This document shows positions 51,780 through 64,000 of a stretch of DNA of 64,000 nt, piece by piece; position 1 is the stretch's first letter; each line of letters opens with the position of its first letter. A program made the translations under genes and the position numbers. This DNA is from Bispira polyomma (lineage: Eukaryota), in the NCBI GenBank assembly GCA_965649765.1, contig OZ287748.1:43524001-43588000 (forward strand). Direction: 5' to 3'. A model generated the notes under the pieces. The model did not search any database and was not told where the DNA came from. It saw only the letters and a program-made list of their open reading frames with translations.

Positions 51780-52860
51780 TGGTTCTACTGGATCTATCCG
51801 CTGCTTTTGACACTATTGACTATCACATTCTCCTATGTTGCCTTGCTTCTTAGTACAGTTTCAGTGGTACTGCTCTTGCTTGGTTCAAATCATATTTAAC
51901 CGACATATATTAAGCAGTTAAAATTGGTTTATCTGTTTCTGACTTTATCAAGCTTAAATTTGGTGTCCCTCAGGCTTCAGCTCTCAGTCCAATCCTTTTC
52001 TCATTTTACACAAAACCACTTAGTCGCATCATCAGTGCATTTAGTTCAATTAAATATCATTTTTATGGTAATAACAGTTATACATTCATATTACATTATC
52101 AAACACTGCCACTGCTTTTGATACTCTTAAAACTTAAATGAAAGAGATGCAGGAATGGATGTTATCAAATAAGCTTTAGCTTAATCCTGACAAAACAGAA
52201 TTATTGTTTGGCACTAGTAAACAACATACTGAATTATCAAGTTTCTTCTCAATAAACATCTTGAGAATATAATATCACCTTCAGATGTACATAGTCTCGT
52301 AGCAATGTTTGACACTGATTGTTCATTCAGCAAACATGTCACTTCTGTCTGTAAATCCTGTTTTGTCAGTCTGAAAGACAAAGACAAGCGATTTGTCATG
52401 GGAAACAGCTGTGTTGTTGGCTTATGCACTTGTAAGCAATCGAACTGACTATTCTAACTCATTGCTGAGCAGTTTGTCTAGCAAGGACATGTCACACTTT
52501 CATGCAATACAGAATATTCTAGCTAACATCATCAATCATACCCCCAAATATTCCCCCATATCTTCAGTTCTAAAATATTTGCACTGACTTTCTGTTTTTA
52601 TGTATGTTTAAAACTGCCACATTGGTCTACAAGTCTCTCAATACAAGCCTCCTAAAATACCTCAGCCCATATCTCACCACTTACTCTCAGCAAGTCAATA
52701 CCTGTCGTGGTAATCCTAACAAATTATTTCTCACTGTCCCTACCTTTGATGTCTGCATACACAAATCAAAAATCCTTTTCAATCATAGTTATTCATATGC
52801 TGCGCGCAAGTTATGGAATAACCTACTACAAGATATTAGCTGCTCCACTTATTTTTGAGA
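51780..52860 (+). mobile_element. Degenerate L2/CR1-like LINE RT fragment
   Basis: Motifs LLDLSAAFDTID, FGVPQ, LNPDKTE, NRTDYSNSLL and FKTATLVYK. Confidence 0.85.
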
Positions 52861-54730
52861 GAACAACTTTCATTTCCATTACCTTTTCATGTAAGTATGT
52901 ATGTATTCTTGCCTGTAAATTAAACAGCCGGTCATTGTGTCTTGATTTATGTTACAAGTGTCTGTCATTAGCAATGTCCATAGACTAATGGTGGGTGGGA
53001 GGAGGGGTCAATATGTATTAAATTTGATTTTGATAGTGTGGTGTCATGTTTGATAGGAATAGTACTGTCGTAGTGTCGTGTAGAGTAGTTTTTGTGAAAC
53101 CCTTTACTCTTAATAAAATGATGGCAATATATAAGCTATTTTATATTTTTGCTACTGTTTTCATTAAACTGTCATCCTTTCATTAAGTAGTACCAGAACC
53201 ATTGACGGTTCCTGAGACTAATACTTTTGGGAACTGACTACTGTTTCAAAAGTCACTTCGTGGGTTTAATTTACCAAAATCATTTTAAGTGTCTAACGGC
53301 TGTTACTTATTTGACAACCTATACTCAATTCCATGTTACATTTACATATGTGAGCTATAAGCCAGAGTAAATATCTGACATAATTTATGAAGATTGAAAT
53401 AACCAATATTAATACAAAGAAACTTCATATAAAAAATGTAAACATAAGAGAAGCCCTAACAAGTTGATGTGGCTTAACATAATGTATCCTTTTCATATCT
53501 AATGAAATTTGGCTAAAGTTCAATTTTTATTGGGACTTCTTTACATGGTGACAATGTTTAATATAACTAAACAGTATGATTGAAAGGGTCGTGGGAAAAG
53601 ATCCTTTGACGTGACTTTACTTGGACAAGGATGAGGTTTGCTTTTATTCATAATCATTAGACAAAAAGTGTGTGTGTGTATGTGTGTGTTGTTTACTAGG
53701 TATAAGTTGTACTGAAAGTCATACTACATAAAGAAGAAAGTTAAATTATTATATTTATGGATGGATATTTAAAACATAATTAAGTACACATATATTAGTG
53801 CTGTTTTGGTGTGTTTATAAGAGCAAATAATGGTATGAATAATCGTCTTCCAAGATATATCTAGCGTTTTGGAGGTTCGTGTTTTCGTGTAAAACATTAA
53901 AAGAATATGGTAACTGTCAAAGAGGAGTGTCAATGAGTTTTGGTACAGGAGTTGTGTATCAAATTAAAGCACTCAACTCTTTGAAAAGAAACTCTACTTT
54001 TCATTGCTTCATCTTGTATTTATTTTGTATTTGATACGGCAGCTCTGTTCCAAAAGGTAGATAGGCTGTATTGAACATACTGCAGGCCGAACTGAATTGG
54101 ATAATTTAGCTAAATTAAATTAGCATTGTTTTTGAATATTGAACAAGAGTATTTGAATTTTGTTATAGAAAATGATAAAGTGGAAACTACACAGACTACT
54201 TAACTGTGAGTAAATATGTCTAGCTCTGTGTAAATTTTATCATATTAATATGTCATTTATCTATGAGTTGTATTATGTCCGTTAAAGAAGTCTCTGACCA
54301 ATACTGACATGGCTTTATTGTGACAGTGGTTTCAATGCACCTTTATGGATTTGTGTGTACATTTTGTCTTTAATAGACCTCCTATTTTCACCTCAAGGTT
54401 TTGCCTCAAATTGACTATTGACTTATGGTCACAAACTATCAATTTTGACATATCAAAACTGTTCTTATGACTAGAGTTTGCATTTTAAAGCCAATGTCAT
54501 ACATAAAATCTGATCAGCCCATTAAAATCACTGACCTTAATTTCCAATACGCTTAGAACATGTTTCAAGGTTCTAAAAGCAAAAATTAAGTAGATATGAA
54601 TGCAATATATTGTATTTTAGCATCAGTAATATACTTATAAGCCAATAATTTATCAAAATAAACATAGTTTATTGTAGTTCAAGAAACAACTTTATTTGTT
54701 AAGTATGTTTTTGTTTAATATTTTGTAGAA

Positions 54731-57700
54731 ATGGAGAAATTGTTTATCTATTTGTATTATATGTGGCTCTTGTTGGAATCACTGCAAGGTTAGTAATAAT
54801 CCATACAAATGTGGGTTTTTTTATCAAATACAGTATATCTCCCCAAACAATCACTAAAACACTGAAACAATTTGGACCAATTTGCCTGAACTTCCATCAA
54901 CAATGACCTATGTTTACAATGTTGTGACTAAAATTATTGTCACCTGCCACTTAAACAAATATCTCTGGAAGGAGGAGTGTGGTGACTGATTAAGTATGTA
55001 AAAAGTATGTAAAACTCAGTTTTAACTGCTGACATCTAGGCTATATAGATATGCTAACAAACAAATTTTAAAACAATGTTAGATGTTCCTAACACAATAG
55101 TGATTTGGGTAACGAACAACTGTTCTTTGGTCACCAGACCATTTGCTGGACATCGGTTCTCGTATAAATTACATGGTTCTGCACCAGAAACCATTTTGGT
55201 GATAAATAAACATGGGGTCTCTAAGAGCAGAACAGAATATTATTGCAGGGATAAATTCAAAGAAATAGTAGATTTTGCTAACAAGTACGTAATATAATTT
55301 AAGTACATGAGTATTTCTAAAATGTAATTGAAAATGAGAAATTTTAATAATCAATTAATAATCAATTAAACAAAACTTTCAACACTTTAAGTTGTTCTAG
55401 TCTGTAACTATATCACATCTGCAGTGTTTAATATAACTGCTGTACTGCTTATTTATGCAGATACAATAATCTTAATATTAAAAACATCTACAGAGTGAAT
55501 CGATTGCCAAAATGTTTCTGTATTTGTTTAATAAAAACTATTTAGAAAAGTTGCTTCTCAATAACACTACATCAGGATCTAGTTAGGATTCAGGGTATCC
55601 AGTTGTAAACGAGTAATGTTAGGATCAATGGTATCATTGAATTTTAGGTCTACAAAGTAACTGTTGTCAAATTAACCATATTAAGATACCACAGGATTCT
55701 TAGGACATTGACAGCAATAAGGTGTAAACTTAACTCTTTGATTTGTCAAATAAAAATACACAAAACTTGTTCAGATCAAATATAATTATATAATTAGCTG
55801 ATAGGTAACAAATGTATTTACCTTAATGTTATATAACATACATATATTTATAAAACTTGTTTTATGGCAAAAGTGGCAGTACATATTACATTTATATGTA
55901 TGAAATTTATAGCATGTGATGAATCTGACTGTCAATTTGCAACAACATACACTGAGGGCGGAGGATGGACAAATAAAGTCATGACATGTTCTCCTGCATT
56001 ATATGTAATAGAGATTGAAACAATAAGGGAAAGTTGTCCCTCTTTCTATCGCTATGTTACCTCTGATCAACTAAATAGTGTTAAAAGGTTGTGTAATACA
56101 CATAACAGTTGTGTTTTTTCTGATGATGGCACTACCCAAGCATTAAGAAGTAGTTGTCAGAATAATACCCAGACAATTGCAATATGGTATGCATGTAAGC
56201 AAGGTGAGCAGCAACATCTTTTTTTGTTTTACTTCTTTTTGTAGATTAAAGTTGGGCAGCAGGACTATATTCTTGGAACATGAAAAAAGTTAAAGTACTT
56301 CATTAAAATGCCACATATATTGCTGTGATGTTTTTGATAGATTAAGTATTGGCAGGAATATTGTGCATTCGAAACAAGAATTTATTTTGATACTTTAATA
56401 ATGCTACAAATACTGCAGCATTTATAGTCACAATGGCTGAAATGCAAACCATGTCTGAAATCATTATTGACTAATATCAACTACACCAAATTAACATGAA
56501 CATTTTTTTCTATTTTCTTAAATCAAGAAACACTTTTTATTTATTTGCTGTTATCTATTAAGTAAACATATGGCTGACGTCACTGCCACAAAGTTTTAGA
56601 TAACGGACGAGAATGGGACGAAATTTCATTGATTTTCGAAGTTGGTGAAGTTTTTATGAACATGTCTTCGAGGAGGTTCAATGAGAGATGTATATATGTA
56701 TATATATATTATATAGTCGTTATATACTGATATATGGTCCATTTGGAATCTTTATTTAAGAGATAATATGCAAAGACATTAATATTTGAAAAGTAAAAAC
56801 CATATAAAACATTTAAAAGTATGATCCTTTAAAAACACATAGTATAAAAAGGCATTAACATAAAACCATCTAAACATATGAACAAAAATCTAAATATTGG
56901 GTTTACTCTAACTTAAAACATGTGATGTTTTAAATCGATTTAACTTATTCCCTAAATATCTTAATATGGGTTAGTAAAAAGCAGATAAGCAATGTTTTAT
57001 TAATGAAACAATAAACAAAAATGCATCTTAAATATATTCCTTTCCAATAATTAGTCAATAAATAATTAAGAGACTATCTTAAGATAGGCCTGACTTAGGA
57101 TAGAAAAATCGGTAAATCTTTCGAGTGTAGTGTATTTGCAAATTCGGAAGACGGATTCGGAAGACAAAACGGAGTGTTATTTTTGCCCCTTAAAACGTAT
57201 ATTTTGAGCCACCACTAAATGATGTAATATTTTACTGTGATGTTTCAAAACCCTCATATACAATTAATGTTGTGGTGAGCGATATTACTCAGACAAGAAA
57301 CCTCCTTTGATGAAAATTTTTATTTTAACAGCTTATTCAACCCGCAAACATAAATAGAACGGTGTTCAGAAAATATTACCCACTCTAAACATGTTCAGTG
57401 TGCCATTAAGACCCTCATAATATGACACAAGACTTGTGAATGTGACGTTAAAACCCAAAAGTAAACTAACTGTGCCCTTACTGTGTTAAAATGCAAACTA
57501 AACATTTAAAGCTTTATTTCAAGCTTAACTAAGTCATTCCTGATAAGTTTGATGCATTTCTTCGTCATACAACTTGAGGCCGCAGTGGCGGAGTGGTTAG
57601 CAAGCATTGCGCTTCACAATCACTGGTCTCTCACCTCTGGGCGGCGTGAGTTCGAATCTCGTCGATGCCTATGTGAGAAAGGTGGTAGTTCCTTACTGTG

Positions 57701-60700
57701 GGCTGCTGGTTTCTCTGCAGAATCTTGACCAACTAAATATATAACCTACTAAAAAAGTGGACGTTAAATATCCAAATTCAAATTCAGATTCGTCATCCAA
57801 CTTCATATCTCATTGACTTAATTTCATGTAGTTATTTAAGTCTGCATAGGGTTTTACATGTCTTTGCAGGGACTTTATGACACTGAAATAAGAAGTGACC
57901 ATGTTCTCTAAACTTATTGACTCTCAAGATATCCAGAAAAATTTCAAAACAAATTAAATTGAAAACTATTAAAATGTCCAGCATCTGAAAAATTCAGTGA
58001 GATATAAATAAGTAATCACAGGCAATTTGTAGGTTTAATCAGAGTTTACAGGTAATCATCTGAATTTTTAATTGTGGTAGCCATTTGAGAAATCCTAAGC
58101 CACTGTCCTTATATAATACTGTCCTTAGCAAGGGTTTCCAAAGTTTCGTACCCAGGTCTTACTTACTGCATGAACTGTTGTATCTGTCTGTTTTCCTGAC
58201 ACATATGCTTCGAAGCCCAAAAAGCACCGCCCTATATTATTCAAAATTGTCTGTTAATAATATCATGCAAATAACGGTTTACTTTTAACAAGCATTTGTA
58301 TACAAATCAAAGCCTTCCATGTGCCACCCTAGTTTTTCACAGAGTACCTTGTTAAATAATTCAGGTTGTAGATTCTTATTCTTTTAGAGATAGAACAACA
58401 TGTAAAGTGGTATTGACATATGTTATTGACAGAGACAAACAAGGACTTGTTATTATAGATTCACTACCTCTAATGGTTACAATAATACAAGATTGTGGAA
58501 CACATTAACCGAATAATAAAAGTTGGTTTGGTTTCAAAAAAGCACAGCACATTACAGGGCCTTTAACTGACCTTGGTTTAGACAAATAACTGCCATAAAA
58601 CTAAATTTCTATGTGCGTAAGATACATTTACCATTAAACATAAGTTTGCACAAATTTTAGTTACATAATGCTATCCTATAAAACAATATCCTCTTATGCT
58701 CCAGGTCCCAGAGGACAGTGATAAGTTGTGATGCATGAATTTTATTATTATAGAATATAGAAACTTCATACATATAAAATGTTACATTGTACATAAATCA
58801 TGAAATATACAAAAAATAAAATTGCTTACCTACATAACAGTAGCCTCTCTGGAAGGACTAATCTACTATATCTTTACACACAGGATTGGCTAGATATAAA
58901 CCTAAAATAAAGCCCAAACCCTTCAAATGTTTGTTTGGGTTATGAGAAAGACCTCAGGCTGAATGATTAAAGACATGCTAAAATATATCAATTAATGTGA
59001 TACTCATAACAGGCCCTACTTGTGGACATTGTCAGCCAAAAGGCGACATGACATAAGACATACTAAAATATATAAACTTTACAAAACCAATACAGTGCCT
59101 ACATTTTTAAAATATAAAATAAAATACACATTTTGTATGAGAAGCAATACAGTACACATATGGGGCTATTCCTAGTTATAGTATCCTATGTGGGTTTAAA
59201 TATAAGCATGAACTCTAACTGGGTTACCATAACATTAAATCTGTGTTTGATTTAACTGGGACAAGTATTAAGCAGTTTGATACAAATAGTTTTAAGTACT
59301 ATGCTGTGCTTTAAGTCCAACCTATTTATTCCAATTTTTTTTCTATTGTAATACTACTGTGGACTGTGTCATATTAACATATTAACATACTATAACAGTA
59401 ATAACATATACTAGATACTTTGGACTGCTTCTCCAAGTTTAAAGCAAGTATAGTATATTAAAAGCAGTTAATAATAAATAAATAATAATAGTTATATAGC
59501 GCCCTATCCATTCATACAAATGCTCTAAAGTGCTTTACAATATAACATTGAATAAAAATAATTATATAATACAGTACAATAAAAATACATAATGTTTGAT
59601 ACAACAGTATAGAATTTAACGACCCTGCTTACAGCTAGGGGTTTCACTAAGAAAATAAGCTAAAATTTGTTTTTCCAAGGCTATTTTACATTTTAATATA
59701 TTTCATAAGCTGTTTTAAAAAGATATGTTTTAAGTTAAGACTTGAAGGACCCTACAATTATTTGACATTTTCTGGCGAATCATTCCATAATGCAGCTGCA
59801 GATTTGTTGAAACATCTGTTGCCATAGGTTGCAGTGTGTTTTTGGTACGACCAGAAGATTTTTTTGTTTGGGATCGTAGGGATCGGGATGGTTGATATCT
59901 TTGGACAAGATCAGTAAGGTATGCAGGAGCCAGTCCTTTTAGTGCCTTGTATGTGTAGCGTAAGATCTTGTACCCTGGCCTGTACTTTACTGGAAGCCAA
60001 TGCAAGGTGTAGAGTACTGGTGTAATGTGATCCCGTGTGTGTATACGTGTTACAAGGCGAGCAGCACAATTCTGTATCAGTTGAACACGCCCGGTATGTG
60101 GCTTGGGAATACCATGGATTAATGCATTCCTATAATCCAGACAAGAGATCACCAATACTTGCATCAGTGTTTTACAGGCATCTTCTGTAATATATTGGCG
60201 GATTTGGCCAATATTTTGAATCTGGTAGTAGCATGACTTTGATATGAAATTCACCTGTTTTTCCATTGTTAGGTAAAAAAAAAATAGTCACTTTAATTTA
60301 ATTTAAATTTATTTACTGTACTTCACTGCATATTTTCCTATACATGGTGTAATTGAAGATAAATGGATTCATCTTCAACAATAAAACCAGCTCTAATTTT
60401 GCCTTAATTTATTTTACTGTATAAACATAGCACTCTAGTTTTGGGTGCTTCTCTAACCTGACTGTACTGAAGCGGTTTAGCAGTTGCTATCTTGGCCAAT
60501 AGGTCGTCATTGGAGTCCTGATTACTCAAGCCATCAGTAATTAGTCATATTAAAGTTTTGTTGACTTGTGATTTCAATGCTGTAGATCATACAAATAACA
60601 ATGCAGTGTGTCTGCAATATCAGATCCTCGTGTAATGCTGGCAATGTTGAAGTTACTTAATATCAGTCCATCTGTCAGGATATCAGGTCATCTGTAGAAA

Positions 60701-63700
60701 TGGTGCTTAGTTAGTTTTATGGTGTTATGTAAATGTAGTTATAGTGACCCAGTAAGTTGTTAAAAGTTAAATACAATAGAGTCTTTTGTAAGAGAGACAA
60801 GGTGTATTGTGTCAAAAATGACTGAACAGTCATGTGTATTTACAACATTTGTACTTTTCTTACAGAAATGTCTACATATATGTATATATACATATAAATA
60901 CAACACTTGTACTTTTCTGACAGATATGTCCACATATATGTATAAACTGAATACTTAGCATTTAGTATAGAAATATATTAAGAGTATGTAGATGACCTAT
61001 GATTTACAGTAAAATGTATGAAGTTAACTAAAATTATCCAGTAGTTCAAAAAAAAACAAAAAAACAATCTCACTGTCTGTTGCCAATTAAATTAAGTGCT
61101 ACAGGGAAATTATAGCTGGGTCAGTAAATAAGTAGATCCTCTATATGAATGTTGACACAAGTACATGCTAATATTTCATAATTACTGCAGATCCCATTCA
61201 CCATGTATATTCTATGCTAAGTTAGAAATAATATTCCTTATTATCCGGACAAAGGGTAAAAATAAGTATTTAAACAACATAAAGAAATTCACTCATATTA
61301 AATGTCTATCACTTGTGATGTTTGGTGATTTCTTATACATTTTTTACTATTTATAGTAAATTGTAGCCAAGTGTGGTAAATTCACATCTGCTATTATCCA
61401 GTAGTAGGCCAAAAGGGGTGTTGATAAAGGTTGATAAAGCTGTTCTTATTCATATTCTTTATCTAGATTCTAAAGCTGATGTTGAATCAATGGAGTTCAT
61501 AGCTAAACTACCAAAATGACCTAGATAATTGCTAATTTAAAGGCCCTACTCTGATTTACCCTGGTTTCCTGTCTAAATATGACCCACATTTTCATTGGCT
61601 GACCTTACTCCGACATGTGTTGGATCTATTCTCAGTTATGTGCAATCAAAACCCAAAATATTATAACATAGCTTTCTGTAGAAAATCAAATAAATTATGC
61701 TGATGCCTCATTCATTTCCTTACAAGCCCAGTAGTATGCACTAGTGTACTGCCAGTTTCTTATTTGAGGCACCCGACTAAAAGTAGCAAACACTGCTTCA
61801 CACCAGATATTATTACCTCTTAAAGTATTTTTCTACGACCTATCTCTCTGGACATGTTATTGTTTATAAAACATAAACCTAAAACAAAATGCAAACAGAA
61901 TTTTCCACAATTTTGGAATATAAACATTTATTTTTGTATGCAATCAGCATCTCCCTTCTTCTTACTGCGAGAAATATATGTGTTTGGAGTTCTGAATTCG
62001 TGTGGGATACAGCACATGTCATGTTAGGTGTAGTTGAACATGGCACCAGATTACACTTTTATCTATCATATGTCCATATATATATATATATACTATATAT
62101 TACTCACTCTTTCAGCATATGTGTTCTAAATGTTTTTATTCTTTTTTTTCAGAGTCATCAATACTGAGGATGTGCTCAGGATTCAGTTATTTTTCTGCAT
62201 CACTTAACCTATATAATCCAAATTTACAACATGTACATTTCTACAAAGACAGACAACGTGAATGTGAATGTATTGTAATTCCTGGCATGGGAGGACTGAC
62301 AATATTAGCAGAACGACTTGTTTTAGCGCATGCCACCGCCAGTACCTATGACCATGACACACAGGAGACATTAGGATTTATTGGCTATTTTAGGCCAAAT
62401 ATAACAGAATGGGAAAAGAAATATAATGCACCGACTAAGATGACAGTTGTCAATGAAGAAGTAGTGAGAGAACAAATGGTCAATGTCTCCATAACCTTCA
62501 CGAAATTGGGATATTCTTCAAATGGTTCATTTCATCTTTTTTTGACAAGTAATAATCTTTGTACTTTGCGTGATAATTGTCACTAGTGTATATTTATATA
62601 GTTGATTACTAGTATTATTGGATTGTTGTTTTGTGTCTTAACATACGTATGCCACATTTTAGTGTGTATGTCAGTGCTGGGATACTCCTTACATCATATC
62701 AGTGTAATAATACCATTTCTCACTACGATTCATACTAGAATTAATAGAAAGTGCTATGTTTTATGTATTACCAGGTGAACACCCTTTAAACCTTACTTGC
62801 TACAATATACCAACAAATGAACAACAATACACCACCATTGACAACAGTGAAACAACCCGATTAGTAACCGACAATGTTGAAGACAACACTCAAACTAGTG
62901 AGTCATTCACACACACAAATACAATTTTATTTGACAATACTGTGTCAGTATCTGATAGAGAAACTACACAAACTAGTTTTAAACCACTAATATCTACAGG
63001 ATTGGTATCACTCTCTACCCAAAACTCGACACATTCAACCTTGTCAAAAGGCACATTAGGATTTTCAACAGAAGTTTCTTCAAAGATGGATTCCACTGTG
63101 AACCATGATTATAGATTTACCTCACCAAAAAGTGTGTTACATTCACCTGAAAATAACCAATCCCCTAACACATGGACAGGTATGTAACATAACATAATAC
63201 AGATAATTAATTCACAGATAAAGTCATTACGTAAACTTATTAAGAGCTAGATGTGATCTAGGTCTGCATAAACTCAGGCTTTTAAATACTATATACTAAC
63301 ATTTTATGTCAATGCATATTTAATTCCATGCAGTACTTTTATTTTTTGAATTTGTTTTGGGTTTCAGATATTATTGCAGGGGTCACTGTGGCTCTCATCA
63401 TTGTTTGTCTGATTATCACTCTGGTGATAATTTGCATCTGTAAAAGGTAAACTCGACATATTATAATGCACTACATTTTGGAGTCTATCAAGGTTGATGG
63501 CATATAAGTATATAGTTTACATATATAGTTTATAAAACATATTATACACACAAATTTACAATATTCATCCGATCAGTATATGTATCGTAAATATTGTATT
63601 ATATGTATGATGATTCATTCACAATTAAAAATATTTTATTAAACCTTATAATAAAATATTTTCTATTAATTGTCACTGACTGGAAAGTAATTTCTATTGG

Positions 63701-64000
63701 TAAAATATATTGTATTTATTTTATTGTTAAAGGAAGAAAAAGCGCCATAAACATAACAAACCAGAGACTGTTGAAATGATAAATGGACAAAATGCAGATA
63801 TTAATCACTTGCATCATTTTTTAAGTGAAGCCACAGCAAATGAAGATTTTGTGTCTGTACAGGTTCTTAACCACAAACCACATGCTCCTGTTACATCAGT
63901 ATCATCACAATCATTACAAACAAAACAGAATAGGAACATACAGCACTCAGATTGTGAAGAAACTGGAAACCATGGTTTCATTGAATTCGTAGAAGTAATC
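54731..64000 (+). CDS. Receptor paralogue copy 4 (3' end outside window): same ectodomain architecture, divergent TM and cytoplasmic exons
   Basis: Exons 54731-54788, 55913-56203, 62153-62548, 62775-63179, 63368-63446 and 63733->64000. GT-AG introns with the same phases as copy 3; frame open. TM IIAGVTVALIIVCLIITLVIICICKR, then KKKRHKHNKPET... Confidence 0.8.
57576..57788 (+). mobile_element. tRNA-derived SINE in intron 2 of copy 4
   Basis: A box tggcggagtgg, B box gttcgaatc and a (caaatt)n tail. 15-bp TSD ttcgtcat(a/c)caactt at 57561-57575 and 57789-57803. Absent from the equivalent intron of copy 3 (~37770). Confidence 0.9.
59468..60270 (-). mobile_element. L2-like LINE 3' end (ORF2 C-terminus, 3' UTR, (TAT)n tail)
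   Basis: Motifs ISCLDY, IQNCAARLV, LHWLPV and LAPAYL; 3' end gcgctatataactattattatt. Confidence 0.88.

Noticed and set aside
57576-57665. tRNA gene (A and B boxes present)
   Set aside because: It continues into a body and (caaatt)n tail, has a 15-bp TSD and has a second dispersed copy, so it is a SINE.

Overview
AT-rich eukaryotic (animal, probably invertebrate) genomic DNA with GT-AG introns. Two systems dominate. (1) A tandem cluster of four paralogues of an unnamed single-pass type I membrane receptor on the + strand. The exons encode a signal peptide, an 8-Cys SUEL/rhamnose-binding-lectin-like domain, a ~132-aa Cys-containing domain, a Ser/Thr-rich stalk, a TM helix and a cytoplasmic tail. 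Copies 1 (<1-2451) and 2 (11650-20634) are disabled. Copy 3 (35902-43595) splices into an intact 499-aa ORF with a Tyr-motif tail. Copy 4 (54731->64000) is intact so far and has a similar ectodomain, but a highly divergent TM exon and an unrelated tail. (2) A dense set of Ngaro-like tyrosine-recombinase (YR) retrotransposons with split direct repeats (A1-gag-pol-YR-B1-A2-B2): two near-complete, mutated elements (12109-18727 +, 24016-30382 -), a gag-only fragment (44536-45790 +), a decayed element (~8300-10700 -) and intronic relics. Comparing these divergent elements reveals shared cis-signals: an ACTG-N29-33-CAGT motif at the B/A junction, a conserved phase-1 splice donor in gag that fits an in-frame acceptor just before the ATG-less YR ORF, and an A AAA AAC -1 frameshift signal in two elements versus an in-frame TAG in the third. 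The window also holds nested L1/Tx1-like LINE fragments, L2/CR1-like fragments, two tRNA-derived SINEs with target-site duplications (TSDs), several MITEs, minisatellites and a two-copy repeat with an apparently covarying RNA structure. All calls were made by eye; no database searches were run.
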